Origin: Acaryochloridaceae cyanobacterium VAR_48_metabat_390
GTDB taxonomy: Bacteria > Cyanobacteriota > Cyanobacteriia > Thermosynechococcales > Thermosynechococcaceae
NCBI GenBank assembly: GCA_031422435.1
Contig: JANPLU010000067.1
Coordinates: forward strand, 1-28,296
Reading direction: 5' to 3'
DNA length: 28,296 nucleotides
Below are positions 18,157 to 27,003 of the stretch, piece after piece. A program made the position numbers and the translations under genes. The notes beneath the pieces are model-generated. The model was given only the letters and a program-made list of their open reading frames with translations. It was not told where the DNA came from and ran no database searches. The first letter of the stretch is position 1. Every line of letters begins with the position of its first letter.

Positions 18157-18690
18157 TTACTTTTGCCTTGCTTCTACCACATATTCCACCGCAATGGGCG
18201 TAACAATCTGGGTAATTTGAGCGATAGTCTGTCGTTCTTCTTGAGTCCAGTTTCTAGCAGACTTAAAGACACAAGGTTGTAAAATACCCCAAAGCTGATG
18301 ATTGTCGCACAAATGAGCATGAATTAAAGCGCGATGCCCAAAACTTTGTTTTTCAAACTCCTGGCTCAAAATTTTGGCGTCAGCGATTTCGACATCTTCA
18401 ACAAAAATAGAAGGCTCTGTTCTTAAGGCAGCAGCAAACATTGGGTCATTAGTTGCTAAAGACTCTGGCTCAGTTTTCCAGTTTTCATCATAAATTTTAG
18501 GTATGGTGGAATCATGAAGCCAGCAAAAGGGGACTTTACCTAAGCCTATTTCTGGGTCACGCAGGTATAAAAAACAGCGATCACACTGCAAGAACTTACC
18601 TAAAGCAGGCATTAGTGCTGCAAATATGGCTCCAGGGGTTTGATAACTAATAAAAACTTGCGCTATTGAATTCGGTAGATTTTCAAACAT
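18157..18690 (-). CDS. Stand-alone GAF domain protein
   Basis: LQCDRCFLYL, IFVEDV, RALIHAHL...LWGIL, RNWT.EE. Confidence 0.85.
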   Translation of the reverse strand: MFENLPNSIAQVFISYQTPGAIFAALMPALGKFLQCDRCFLYLRDPEIGLGKVPFCWLHDSTIPKIYDENWKTEPESLATNDPMFAAALRTEPSIFVEDVEIADAKILSQEFEKQSFGHRALIHAHLCDNHQLWGILQPCVFKSARNWTQEERQTIAQITQIVTPIAVEYVVEARQK

Positions 18691-18703
18691 TTTTTGTTAA
18701 AAC

Positions 18704-19465
18704 TTACCCCAATTTATTTTGCTTCCTTGATAAATTTTCGTCCTTTATAAATGTCCATTCTAAGACCGTTCGTGGAGCCTTTTGAAGGGCTTGAGTGAGA
18801 CTAAGATTATCTTCAAATTTGACCTGCGTTAAGGTTGAAGCCTCTACGTTAACCGTGAAGCGATCCGCTTCAAAACACCACGGCGTTACGGTTACGAGGT
18901 TGTTACTGTATTGGATAATGTCATAGCGCTGTCCATCATGACCTTTACTAATTTCTAAAGCGCGTTCGTCCTCCGGTAGCTTTTGTTGACATAAGATAAG
19001 GGAGAGGCGATCGCACCACTGCATAAACGCATAGGCTTGATCTACATCAGTTTTAGAAATTTTTAATTCTTTGCGGCACTGCTTCTGATTCTCTAACTGC
19101 TGCTTTAAAAACGCATCTGCTTCAGCAGATGTTCCTTTTGCCTGTTTGTTTAATCGACAGAGATGTATAGAATTTAATAAAGCGACCCAGCGACTCCGAT
19201 AAAGTGCACGTTCTAAATGCTTTTGCAGTAGCTCATAGGATGTTTCTGTCTCCATTGTGAAGTCTTTGGGCGTGCCTGCAGGCGTAAGGTTTTGTTCCTC
19301 CCACTCTTTTTCTAAGTCATCATGGTGAGAAATTGCAGCGATTGTCTCGCAAAAACGTGGGGGAGCATCTTTACGCTGCCATTGTTCTCCGATTTGAGAA
19401 GCAAGCAAAGCATGAGCACGGTGATAAATAATTTGCCAACCATCTGCTAAAGTATTGACGATCAT
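18704..19465 (-). CDS. DUF3891 family protein
   Basis: MIVN....GWQII....HALLA, AISHHDD, GTPKDF, WCDRLSLILC, VTPW.F. Confidence 0.8.
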   Translation of the reverse strand: MIVNTLADGWQIIYHRAHALLASQIGEQWQRKDAPPRFCETIAAISHHDDLEKEWEEQNLTPAGTPKDFTMETETSYELLQKHLERALYRSRWVALLNSIHLCRLNKQAKGTSAEADAFLKQQLENQKQCRKELKISKTDVDQAYAFMQWCDRLSLILCQQKLPEDERALEISKGHDGQRYDIIQYSNNLVTVTPWCFEADRFTVNVEASTLTQVKFEDNLSLTQALQKAPRTVLEWTFIKDENLSRKQNKLG

Positions 19466-19948
19466 AATCTAGTTTCCTATCGAGACAATAATAGAATCAA
19501 GCAAAATTTTAGCTTTGATTCATCGCATTTGGCCTATCTTATGCCGTAAGCAATAACTCACCAGGCTAACGAAATTGTTAATATTTAAGATTAATCTTAA
19601 AAAATTTAGAGGTTCAACAAAAAAGTATTAAATTCTAGATTATATGTCACATCACAGTTTTAGAATAGCTACTAATACTCATAAGATTCTATACACAGAG
19701 ACAGAGATAGAAAACCTCTCAAGGTAGTGGTTATAGATTAACTTTTATGGAATAAATTAGAGAGACAATTCAGACAAAATTTTATGCAAATCTCTAGCTT
19801 AAGCAATATTTTTGTGACCAGAATCTAATTTTTACGACGCTGATTAATTTGCTAATACACTGCAGTACGAAAGGGTTAGCCATTAAAGAATTAAAACATC
19901 TAACTTAATAAACGCGACCTTATAAATTCAACAATGGTTAGTTAACTC

Positions 19949-20686
19949 ATGTTATGGCAAAACCCCTTGGGGCTTTCTCGTTCGTTTTTAAGCAATATTG
20001 GTACACAAATCGAGCTAATTTACACAGACCAAATTCCTGACAGTAGTGCAATGGTCGTGGTCAGTAATCACCGGAGCTTTATGGATGCTCTCTCATTAAT
20101 GACGGCCTTAGACCAGCCGATTCGGTTTGCTTGCCATCACTATATGAGTCACGTTCCGGTCTTACGAGAAACCGTTGAGGCTTTTGGATGTTTCCCTTTA
20201 GAGGATGCAAATCAAAGGCAGCAGGGCTTTTTTAGACAGGCTAGCCGTTTTCTAGAAACTCGTCAGAGCGTGGGTCTTTTTCCTGAGGGTGGTCAGTCTA
20301 TGGTTCAGCCAACCCTTCCAGAAAAGGTGGGAGCTTTCCGGCGCGGCTTTGCCCATCTTGCTCTGCGATCGCCGATTCCAAAGCTGGCGGTTTTGCCCGT
20401 GGCGATCGCCTCCCAATCAGAGAGCATTTTCCCAGGTGTACCTCTACCGCTGCTGCGGTTTTTTGATCCCTCTGAGCCTTTATTTGACCAACTCGGCTGG
20501 CATCCGCTGATTTTGTACCATCAGGTTCAAATTTTAGTCGGTCGCCCTTACTGGATTACGCCAGATGAGCAACAAAAATACCGAGGAAAACGGGGCAAAG
20601 CAGTCGTCAATGAGCTAACGCAATACTGTCAAGCCGAAATTGCCCATCTACTTGATGATGCGGGATGCCAAAATGCAAAAAGTTAA
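19949..20686 (+). CDS. PlsC-like lysophospholipid acyltransferase
   Basis: NHRSFMD (HX4D), LFPEGG, LPVAI. Confidence 0.9.
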   Translation: MLWQNPLGLSRSFLSNIGTQIELIYTDQIPDSSAMVVVSNHRSFMDALSLMTALDQPIRFACHHYMSHVPVLRETVEAFGCFPLEDANQRQQGFFRQASRFLETRQSVGLFPEGGQSMVQPTLPEKVGAFRRGFAHLALRSPIPKLAVLPVAIASQSESIFPGVPLPLLRFFDPSEPLFDQLGWHPLILYHQVQILVGRPYWITPDEQQKYRGKRGKAVVNELTQYCQAEIAHLLDDAGCQNAKS

Positions 20687-21491
20687 CAGCCAGATCTGTT
20701 TTATTACGCCCCGCATACTTTCTCCAGAAAAACCGCTGTTCGTTTTTCTGCCAGGAATGGATGGGACGGGGCAGCTTTTACGCACTCAAACCATTGGCTT
20801 AGAGACGATCTTTGATATCCGCTGCCTTGCAATTCCGCCCGACGATCTAACCGATTGGGATGAATTAACCGAAAAAGTGGTGGGGCTGGTGGAAGCCGAA
20901 CAGCTTAACCGTCCAGCTGGACAACCAATTTATCTATGTGGTGAATCTTTTGGAGGGTGTTTGGCGCTAAACGTTGCTCTTTACTCTCCCCATTTGTTTA
21001 GCCGCATTGTGCTAGTCAATTCAGCGTCTTCTTTTCATCGTCGGCCTTGGATGCTGTGGGGTGGCCAGATTATTCAGTGGTTCCCAGACTTTCTCTATCA
21101 ACTTTCAGCCATCGGGCTATTGCCTTACATTGCCCAGCTAGAGCGGATTTTGCCGGAAGATCGAACAGCGCTTCTGCAAGCGATGAGAACGGTACCTAAA
21201 GCAACGTCTATCTGGCGGCTCTCTTTACTAAAATCGTTTCAGTTAGACAACCTGCCGCTGTACCGACTGACTCAGCCCGTCTTGGTTATCGCCAGCGGGA
21301 GTGATCGCCTTTTGCCTTCGATTCCAGATGCTCGGCAGTTGGTCAGCCTGCTGCCTGCGGCCAAGCTTTTAGTGTTGCCCCATAGCGGTCATGCGTGTCT
21401 ATTAGAAGCGGACGTTAATTTGCACAAAATTCTAAAAAGCCAAAATTTTCTAGAGCCACTGTCTGCAATGTCTCAGACCTGTGTTGACTAA
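20673..21491 (+). CDS. Alpha/beta fold hydrolase
   Basis: FLPGMDGTG, GESFGG nucleophile elbow, DRLLP, SGHACLLE; overlaps the acyltransferase end; start uncertain (20655/20673). Confidence 0.9.
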   Translation: MQKVNSQICFITPRILSPEKPLFVFLPGMDGTGQLLRTQTIGLETIFDIRCLAIPPDDLTDWDELTEKVVGLVEAEQLNRPAGQPIYLCGESFGGCLALNVALYSPHLFSRIVLVNSASSFHRRPWMLWGGQIIQWFPDFLYQLSAIGLLPYIAQLERILPEDRTALLQAMRTVPKATSIWRLSLLKSFQLDNLPLYRLTQPVLVIASGSDRLLPSIPDARQLVSLLPAAKLLVLPHSGHACLLEADVNLHKILKSQNFLEPLSAMSQTCVD

Positions 21492-21903
21492 ATTAACTAA
21501 GTAGTTATCTCATTAAGGCGATCGCATCTAATTAAAAAGTTAGATGAAATATTGGATGGTTTCTGTTCTAGTGAGAAAGATTAATTTTTTAAAATAAGCT
21601 GGATAAGTTCTTATGTGTTTATCAGCGGAATCACCAATAATTCTGTCACCTGATTTTTAAATTTATGGGAGAGCACTTTATTGTCAAAGGCAACCTCATT
21701 TTGAGACTAGCTCTTCTCCGTAAAAATAGACTAAAAAAGGAAAAGAAAACCTATGTCAGCATAGAGATCGAAAAAAGTAATTGATAATTTCCTTGAAAAT
21801 GTTTTTATTTGTATCTAATGTGAACTTAGAAGTTCCAATAATTTTAGATATTGTTAGATGTAAAATCTACTAATAATCTAATTATGTTATTAGTTGAGAT
21901 AGT

Positions 21904-22956
21904 TTATAAATCCTGTTTTAATGAGGCCATATCAATCACAAAGCGATATTTTACGTCACTCTTCAGTAGACGATCGTAAGCTTCATTGATGTTCTGGATC
22001 GGGATGAGTTCAATATCTGAAATGATATTGTGCTTGCCACAGAAATCCAGCATTTCCTGAGTTTCTTTGATACCACCAATCAGGGAGCCACTGAGACTGC
22101 GCCGACCAAAAATTAGGCTACCCACCTGAAGGGGAAGCGGTTCGGCGGGGACACCCACTTGCGTGAGATTACCATCGCGTTTCAACAGTAGGAGGTAAGC
22201 ATTGATGTCATGCTGTGCGGAGACAGTATCAAGAATGAAATGAAAGCTGTTGAGGTGTTTTTTCATTTCGTCCGCGTTCTTAGAGTTGACCACTTCATCG
22301 GCTCCGAGCCGCAGGGCATCTTCAACTTTATTGGATGAGGTTGTAAATACCACAACGTGTGCGCCAAGAGCCTTGGCTAATTTCACCCCCATGTGCCCCA
22401 GTCCACCCAGGCCTACAACGCCAACCTTCTGACCTTTGCTCACGTTGTTATGACGTAATGGTGAGTAAGTGGTAATTCCAGCGCAAAGCAGTGGAGCGGT
22501 GGCAGCGAGATCCAAATTTTGGGGGATGTGCAGCACAAATGCTTCGTCTACAACAATGCTCTCAGAATATCCGCCGAAGGTTGTCCCGCCAGTCTGTTTC
22601 TCAGGAGAGTTGTAAGTAAAGATTGTGCCTTTTTCGCAAAACTGTTCTAGATCTTCTTTGCAGTTTGCACATGTGCGACAAGAATCGACCATGCAGCCCA
22701 CTCCTGCGGTGTCCCCTTCCTTAAACTTTTCAACATGCGCTCCAACTTTAACGACCCGTCCAATAATTTCGTGACCAGGTACGCAAGGGTAGGTGGCGCT
22801 ACCCCATTCACTGCGGACGGTATGCAAGTCTGAGTGACATACGCCGCAATATAAAATTTCAATCTGCACATCATACTGACCGACATCACGGCGTTGAAAG
22901 CTAAAAGGTGCGAGTGGTGTCGTGGCATTTTGGGCAGCGTAGGCATTCGTTTTCAT
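21904..22956 (-). CDS. Zn-dependent NAD(P)H alcohol dehydrogenase / aldehyde reductase (cinnamyl-ADH, YahK-like)
   Basis: CGVCHSD, GHE, CRTCANC...C, LLCAG, GLGGLG, DVKYRFVID. Confidence 0.95.
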   Translation of the reverse strand: MKTNAYAAQNATTPLAPFSFQRRDVGQYDVQIEILYCGVCHSDLHTVRSEWGSATYPCVPGHEIIGRVVKVGAHVEKFKEGDTAGVGCMVDSCRTCANCKEDLEQFCEKGTIFTYNSPEKQTGGTTFGGYSESIVVDEAFVLHIPQNLDLAATAPLLCAGITTYSPLRHNNVSKGQKVGVVGLGGLGHMGVKLAKALGAHVVVFTTSSNKVEDALRLGADEVVNSKNADEMKKHLNSFHFILDTVSAQHDINAYLLLLKRDGNLTQVGVPAEPLPLQVGSLIFGRRSLSGSLIGGIKETQEMLDFCGKHNIISDIELIPIQNINEAYDRLLKSDVKYRFVIDMASLKQDL

Positions 22957-22989
22957 AGATTGTCTCCTGATTATTGATTTAGATAAAAC

Positions 22990-23373
22990 TTATTTGAACG
23001 CTTTGACTAAAGCCTCAAACTGCACTCGCAGTGACTTGTCATTGGGTGAGATAGGTGGGATCGCGCGATCAATACCCAAAAATTTATAAACTGCTATCTG
23101 TGCAGCCCGCACTGAATACTCCACCGTGAAAACAACATCATCAGGAATTTCAACAAACTGGCTGATAAACGCCAGTTTCTTTGAGCTATGTGGGATCGGC
23201 AACAGTCGATCTGTGCGCAAACGCGGCATAAACATACTGGTAATGTAAGGCATTCTGCAAGGAATGCAGTTTGCTGATGCTACGGTTTCCAAATCGAATC
23301 GCAGATGACCGCAAAGTTCTCGCAGAATTTCTTCACCGTTACACTCGCTCATCGCTTTGGGCACAAAATCACC
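22990..23373 (-). pseudogene. Oleate hydratase (MCRA family) C-terminal remnant
   Basis: GDFVPKAMSECNGEEILREL, PCRMPYITSMFMPR, AFISQFVE..DDVVFTVEYSVRAA; in-frame TAG directly upstream; N-terminal FAD-binding part absent. Confidence 0.85.
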
Positions 23374-23420
23374 CTAAACTCCCGCCTAGAAGAGATTTTG
23401 CTTCCAGGATAAAAATATTT

Positions 23421-23721
23421 TTACCAGGGAGTCAGGCCGTTTGAGTCTTGCCCTGTTAAAACTTCAGTGGGCGACTCAACCGTGTGGGCATAGGTCACTT
23501 CCTCTTGTCCCACTTCAATGACCAAATCGTCCCCCTTGTCAGGGCGATCGTAAATCATTGCCATCAAAGGTGCATTCTGGATTAGTTCTGCATCACCCAG
23601 TTCTCCGCCAATCATTTCAATCGAAATACGTCGCCCACGATTACCATCTGAAAACTGGTCGAAAAATTCACCCCCAGCGCTCGCGCGGCACAGATTTGTT
23701 GATGTCGATTTTACTCATCAT
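23421..23721 (-). pseudogene. DUF5335-like protein, frameshifted and probably 3'-truncated
   Basis: MMSKIDINKSVPRERWG* ; removing one G from the G5 run (23671-23675) restores WGEFFDQFSDGNRGRRISIEMIGGELGD... Confidence 0.75.
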
Positions 23722-23776
23722 AGGATTCCTTATAAAAATAGTAAAAAGAAACTAAGCAGTATCAATCTCTCAGCGC

Positions 23777-24226
23777 TTACTGACTGCTAACGCCATCCGT
23801 TGTGCGTCCGGTCATCTCACTCGGATGGATACGATAGATTGCAATTACCTCTGATCGTCCCAATGCATCGACCCAGGTTCGATTGATTGCAGGAGAAAGG
23901 GTTGAATTGCGCTCTTTAATTAAATGCATCGCATGATCGATGTCCTGCTGTTCTGCGAGGCGATCAGCTCGACCATTCACAACCACACTGCGCCAATGAA
24001 GCGGATCGTGAAGTGATTCAACCTGTAGACAAACTTCTGGATTCGCATCCATGTCGTGAGTCTTCATGCCGACTGTTGTAAATAGGTAGATATCTGAATT
24101 TTCGAGATAATACTGCATTGGCATAACGTAGGGTTTGCCTTTGTGTATGCAGCCAAGATGACCGTACCCTACTTGATGTAGCAGCTCATATATTTCTTGT
24201 GAACTCATTTCATCAATATCTAACAT
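23777..24226 (-). CDS. Pyridoxamine 5'-phosphate oxidase-like flavin-binding protein (NimA-like)
   Basis: GHLGC....PYVMPM.Y, G.K...M.ANPEVCLQV, WRSVVVNG, MTGR. Confidence 0.88.
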   Translation of the reverse strand: MLDIDEMSSQEIYELLHQVGYGHLGCIHKGKPYVMPMQYYLENSDIYLFTTVGMKTHDMDANPEVCLQVESLHDPLHWRSVVVNGRADRLAEQQDIDHAMHLIKERNSTLSPAINRTWVDALGRSEVIAIYRIHPSEMTGRTTDGVSSQ

Positions 24227-24332
24227 GGTTATTCTCCTAAAAATTCAGTTAATAATAAGTAGAGAAATAGTCCATATTTTGCATCTATTTTTGAATGGAG
24301 TGATGTTTTTAGATGGAGTGAATCTACGAAAA

Positions 24333-24686
24333 TCAGCGATGAGAGTCAGTTGTTTGTTCAGAAAGCGTTAACAAAAAAGCAAGGTTTGTCACGCATTGCA
24401 CAGCATGGCGTGCGTTAGCAGGTATAAAGATAAAGACCCCTGATTGAAGAACAAGATCTTTTCCTTCCAGCGTTAGCAAGCCTTGGCCTTCAATCACATT
24501 TACCGTTGCATTGCGAGGGTTAGCATGTTCTGCGATGTGCATTCCCCCTGCTAACGACATCAGCGTATATCGACAGTTCTGGTCTTCTAAAAGAATTTTG
24601 CTTTTAGCGCCAGTCTGTGGATATTCAATGATATCTGCCCAACGAATTTCGGTATTGCTCAATGAAATTATGGTAGTAGTCGTCAT
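24333..24686 (-). CDS. Cupin domain protein
   Basis: EHANP...VIEGQG, G.FIFIPANARHAV. Confidence 0.88.
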   Translation of the reverse strand: MTTTTIISLSNTEIRWADIIEYPQTGAKSKILLEDQNCRYTLMSLAGGMHIAEHANPRNATVNVIEGQGLLTLEGKDLVLQSGVFIFIPANARHAVQCVTNLAFLLTLSEQTTDSHR

Positions 24687-24758
24687 TCAATTAATCCTTT
24701 ATTAGAGAAAGATTGATCTGGATAAGAACACTCGTAGATTGAGCATCTTTACGAATAA

Positions 24759-25325
24759 TTACGGAAAGACAATCTTGGAAATTGGCGCATGTCCTAAGAA
24801 AAGGTAGGCGGCCGATCTCAAAACACTCTCAGAATAAATAATTTTTTGTATGCTCAAACTTGGCGCACGTTTTGCGGTAGCGTTATAAGCCGAAATTTCT
24901 CCTTCCAGACTAAAATCGCTATCGGTGCGGTAGTGATCATTGTCATGCACTGCCTGGAGGATGAAGTTATAGATGGGGTTAAGACCCAGGGTTGTGTCGT
25001 AATTTTCGGCAGATATCCAGAGATGATTTTGCTGAATATCGGCAAACATCTCTGCTGCGCTGCTGTAACGCTCATACCATGAGAACTCTAGATCGAGCGG
25101 AGTACTTTGAAACTCACACCAGAGCCAATCGCATAGCTGGGCGATCGCCTCATCAGAAACTTTGGCAGGGTCACTCTCTAGATAAAGTTTGGCGAGAATT
25201 TCGACCTTGGATACCGCTGCTGCTGCCTGAGCATTGACGATTACATTTGTGTGGTCATGAATCGCCCCCCTGGGAACTTCATTTTGTTGACAGTTCCTGT
25301 TAAACCGTTCTTTGGACTGGCTCAT
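24759..25325 (-). CDS. Hypothetical protein with HDxxH motif
   Basis: 188-aa ORF; N....QAVHDNDH....DFSLEGE..AY; start 1 nt after the upstream stop. Confidence 0.75.
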   Translation of the reverse strand: MSQSKERFNRNCQQNEVPRGAIHDHTNVIVNAQAAAAVSKVEILAKLYLESDPAKVSDEAIAQLCDWLWCEFQSTPLDLEFSWYERYSSAAEMFADIQQNHLWISAENYDTTLGLNPIYNFILQAVHDNDHYRTDSDFSLEGEISAYNATAKRAPSLSIQKIIYSESVLRSAAYLFLGHAPISKIVFP

Positions 25326-25326
25326 T

Positions 25327-25764
25327 TCATTGATTCTCTACCGTTTCCGCAGTTTCCGCAGCGGCTTCGGCATCTCGTCTAGCGGCGATCGCAGATAATG
25401 TTGCTTCTTCAGCTTCTTCTAGCGCTGCCATTGCTAAGAAGGTCGCGGTAGCCGCATAGCTTTCAGCGCTCTCTGCCCGATGTTCTAGCTTTTTAATTTC
25501 GCGACTTATTCTCCACTCTTCGACATGGGACTTTATTTCAGACTCTTTTTCCTCAAATTGTGTTTTGAGCTTGGCTCGGTACTCATCGAATTCTTGCTTT
25601 TTAGCGTCTAGCTTTGCCTTTGCTTCATCAAGTTTCGATTGAATTTCAGCCTGAGTCTTTTTGGGAGCAGATTGAATACTCTCCTTCAGCGCTTTTGCCC
25701 GATCTTCAACTGCTTCTAAATTGTCATGAAGTTGCTGGGTGAAATTGTCAATTGCAGTGCTCAT
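25327..25764 (-). CDS. Coiled-coil hypothetical protein (Ala/Glu/Lys-rich)
   Basis: 145-aa helical ORF, first gene of the minus-strand run. Confidence 0.78.
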   Translation of the reverse strand: MSTAIDNFTQQLHDNLEAVEDRAKALKESIQSAPKKTQAEIQSKLDEAKAKLDAKKQEFDEYRAKLKTQFEEKESEIKSHVEEWRISREIKKLEHRAESAESYAATATFLAMAALEEAEEATLSAIAARRDAEAAAETAETVENQ

Positions 25765-27003
25765 GAGGATTCCCTTAGAAATTGAGTTTCTAGGACATGT
25801 TTGTTATTGTCTAAAACTTGAGCTAAAAGTTTAGACAGTAATTGATGTGAGGTTGAAAACTGTTGTAGCTTTTAGTCTTTTTTATTTCTCTAAATTTTAG
25901 ACAAGCCACAGTTTAGAGTTGTTTTTCATATAACTGAATCATTTCACAGATCACTCAACATTTACTCTACATTTTGACTATTTGATCGTGCATCAATCTA
26001 GCGTGGGACCGATATAGTGAAGGGCGATCTGTCGCCTGAAGCATTGATATGAACGGTCTAATGCTTTACCAAAATGTTCAAACGACTCTGCAATATCAAA
26101 AAGTGACTAGGGAGGGTTGCGAGAATCTCCGAATCGCCAACCTTAAAGATAGAACGCGGATTATCCAAGATTAGAACACCCTTGATATCTTCAATGGTTT
26201 GATAAAAGTGCTGTTGTGGGTCGGTCATAGTCTAGATCGAAGCCGATTCCCTGGTGGTAGTAATGCTTTTGGGTGATGTTGGTAAATTGGAAGCTAGGGC
26301 TTAGGGATGACCGCTGTTTTTAAGAATAGCCCAAGCTGGCAGCCGCAGCGGTTTCCCTCAGCTAGCGTTAGCCCCAGCCAGAAAGACTATAGTAAAGACT
26401 GAAGAATGCGATCGCTGCCAGCGGTTCAGCGGATAATCTAGATCAGAGTTCTGGGTCTGTGCTGTTCAACTGTAGGGTTTAGGGAAAGTCCAGCAGGTCT
26501 GTGTTGTTCTCCCTAAGCTTTATGCTTTGCCTAACTTTTAGTACTCAGCCTCAGCCTGTAAAGCGGACTTAAGAGCAAGGACAGCAACCGCTTTCCCAGA
26601 CTTTGAAACAAATTTTCAATGCCTTAGCATAAACACAAAGTCCTGAGAATCATACACAGTATGCCTTTTTGGAGAATGAAACAGCCCTAGCAATTTCCGA
26701 TGGTCTAGCGTGGGTAATTGAGGTGGCTGAACGGGACTCCACAAGATTATGTAAACTTTTTTGTAAAGCTCGATACTTTTTACTCTAAGAAGCAAATCCT
26801 TGGATTAAATTAAGATTAAGGATTTTCTCTGGTCGTAAGAAATTATGTACGGTCAGCAATTAAGGTCAAAGTCTTGCCGAAGCTGCATTCTGCCACTGTG
26901 AGCGGAAAAGGCATGAGGCGTTAAGCTCACGATTTTACGTCGAACTGGCTACCGACTGACTGATAGCGTTTTTGCCCAGACTCCTACAACGGTCAGTGAC
27001 ATC

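Noticed and set aside
25982..25996. FNR-like TTGAT...ATCAA
   Set aside because: Spacer is 5 nt rather than 4
26763..26776. NtcA-like GTA-N8-TAC box
   Set aside because: No -10 at the canonical spacing of about 22 nt; a 6-bp match is expected by chance
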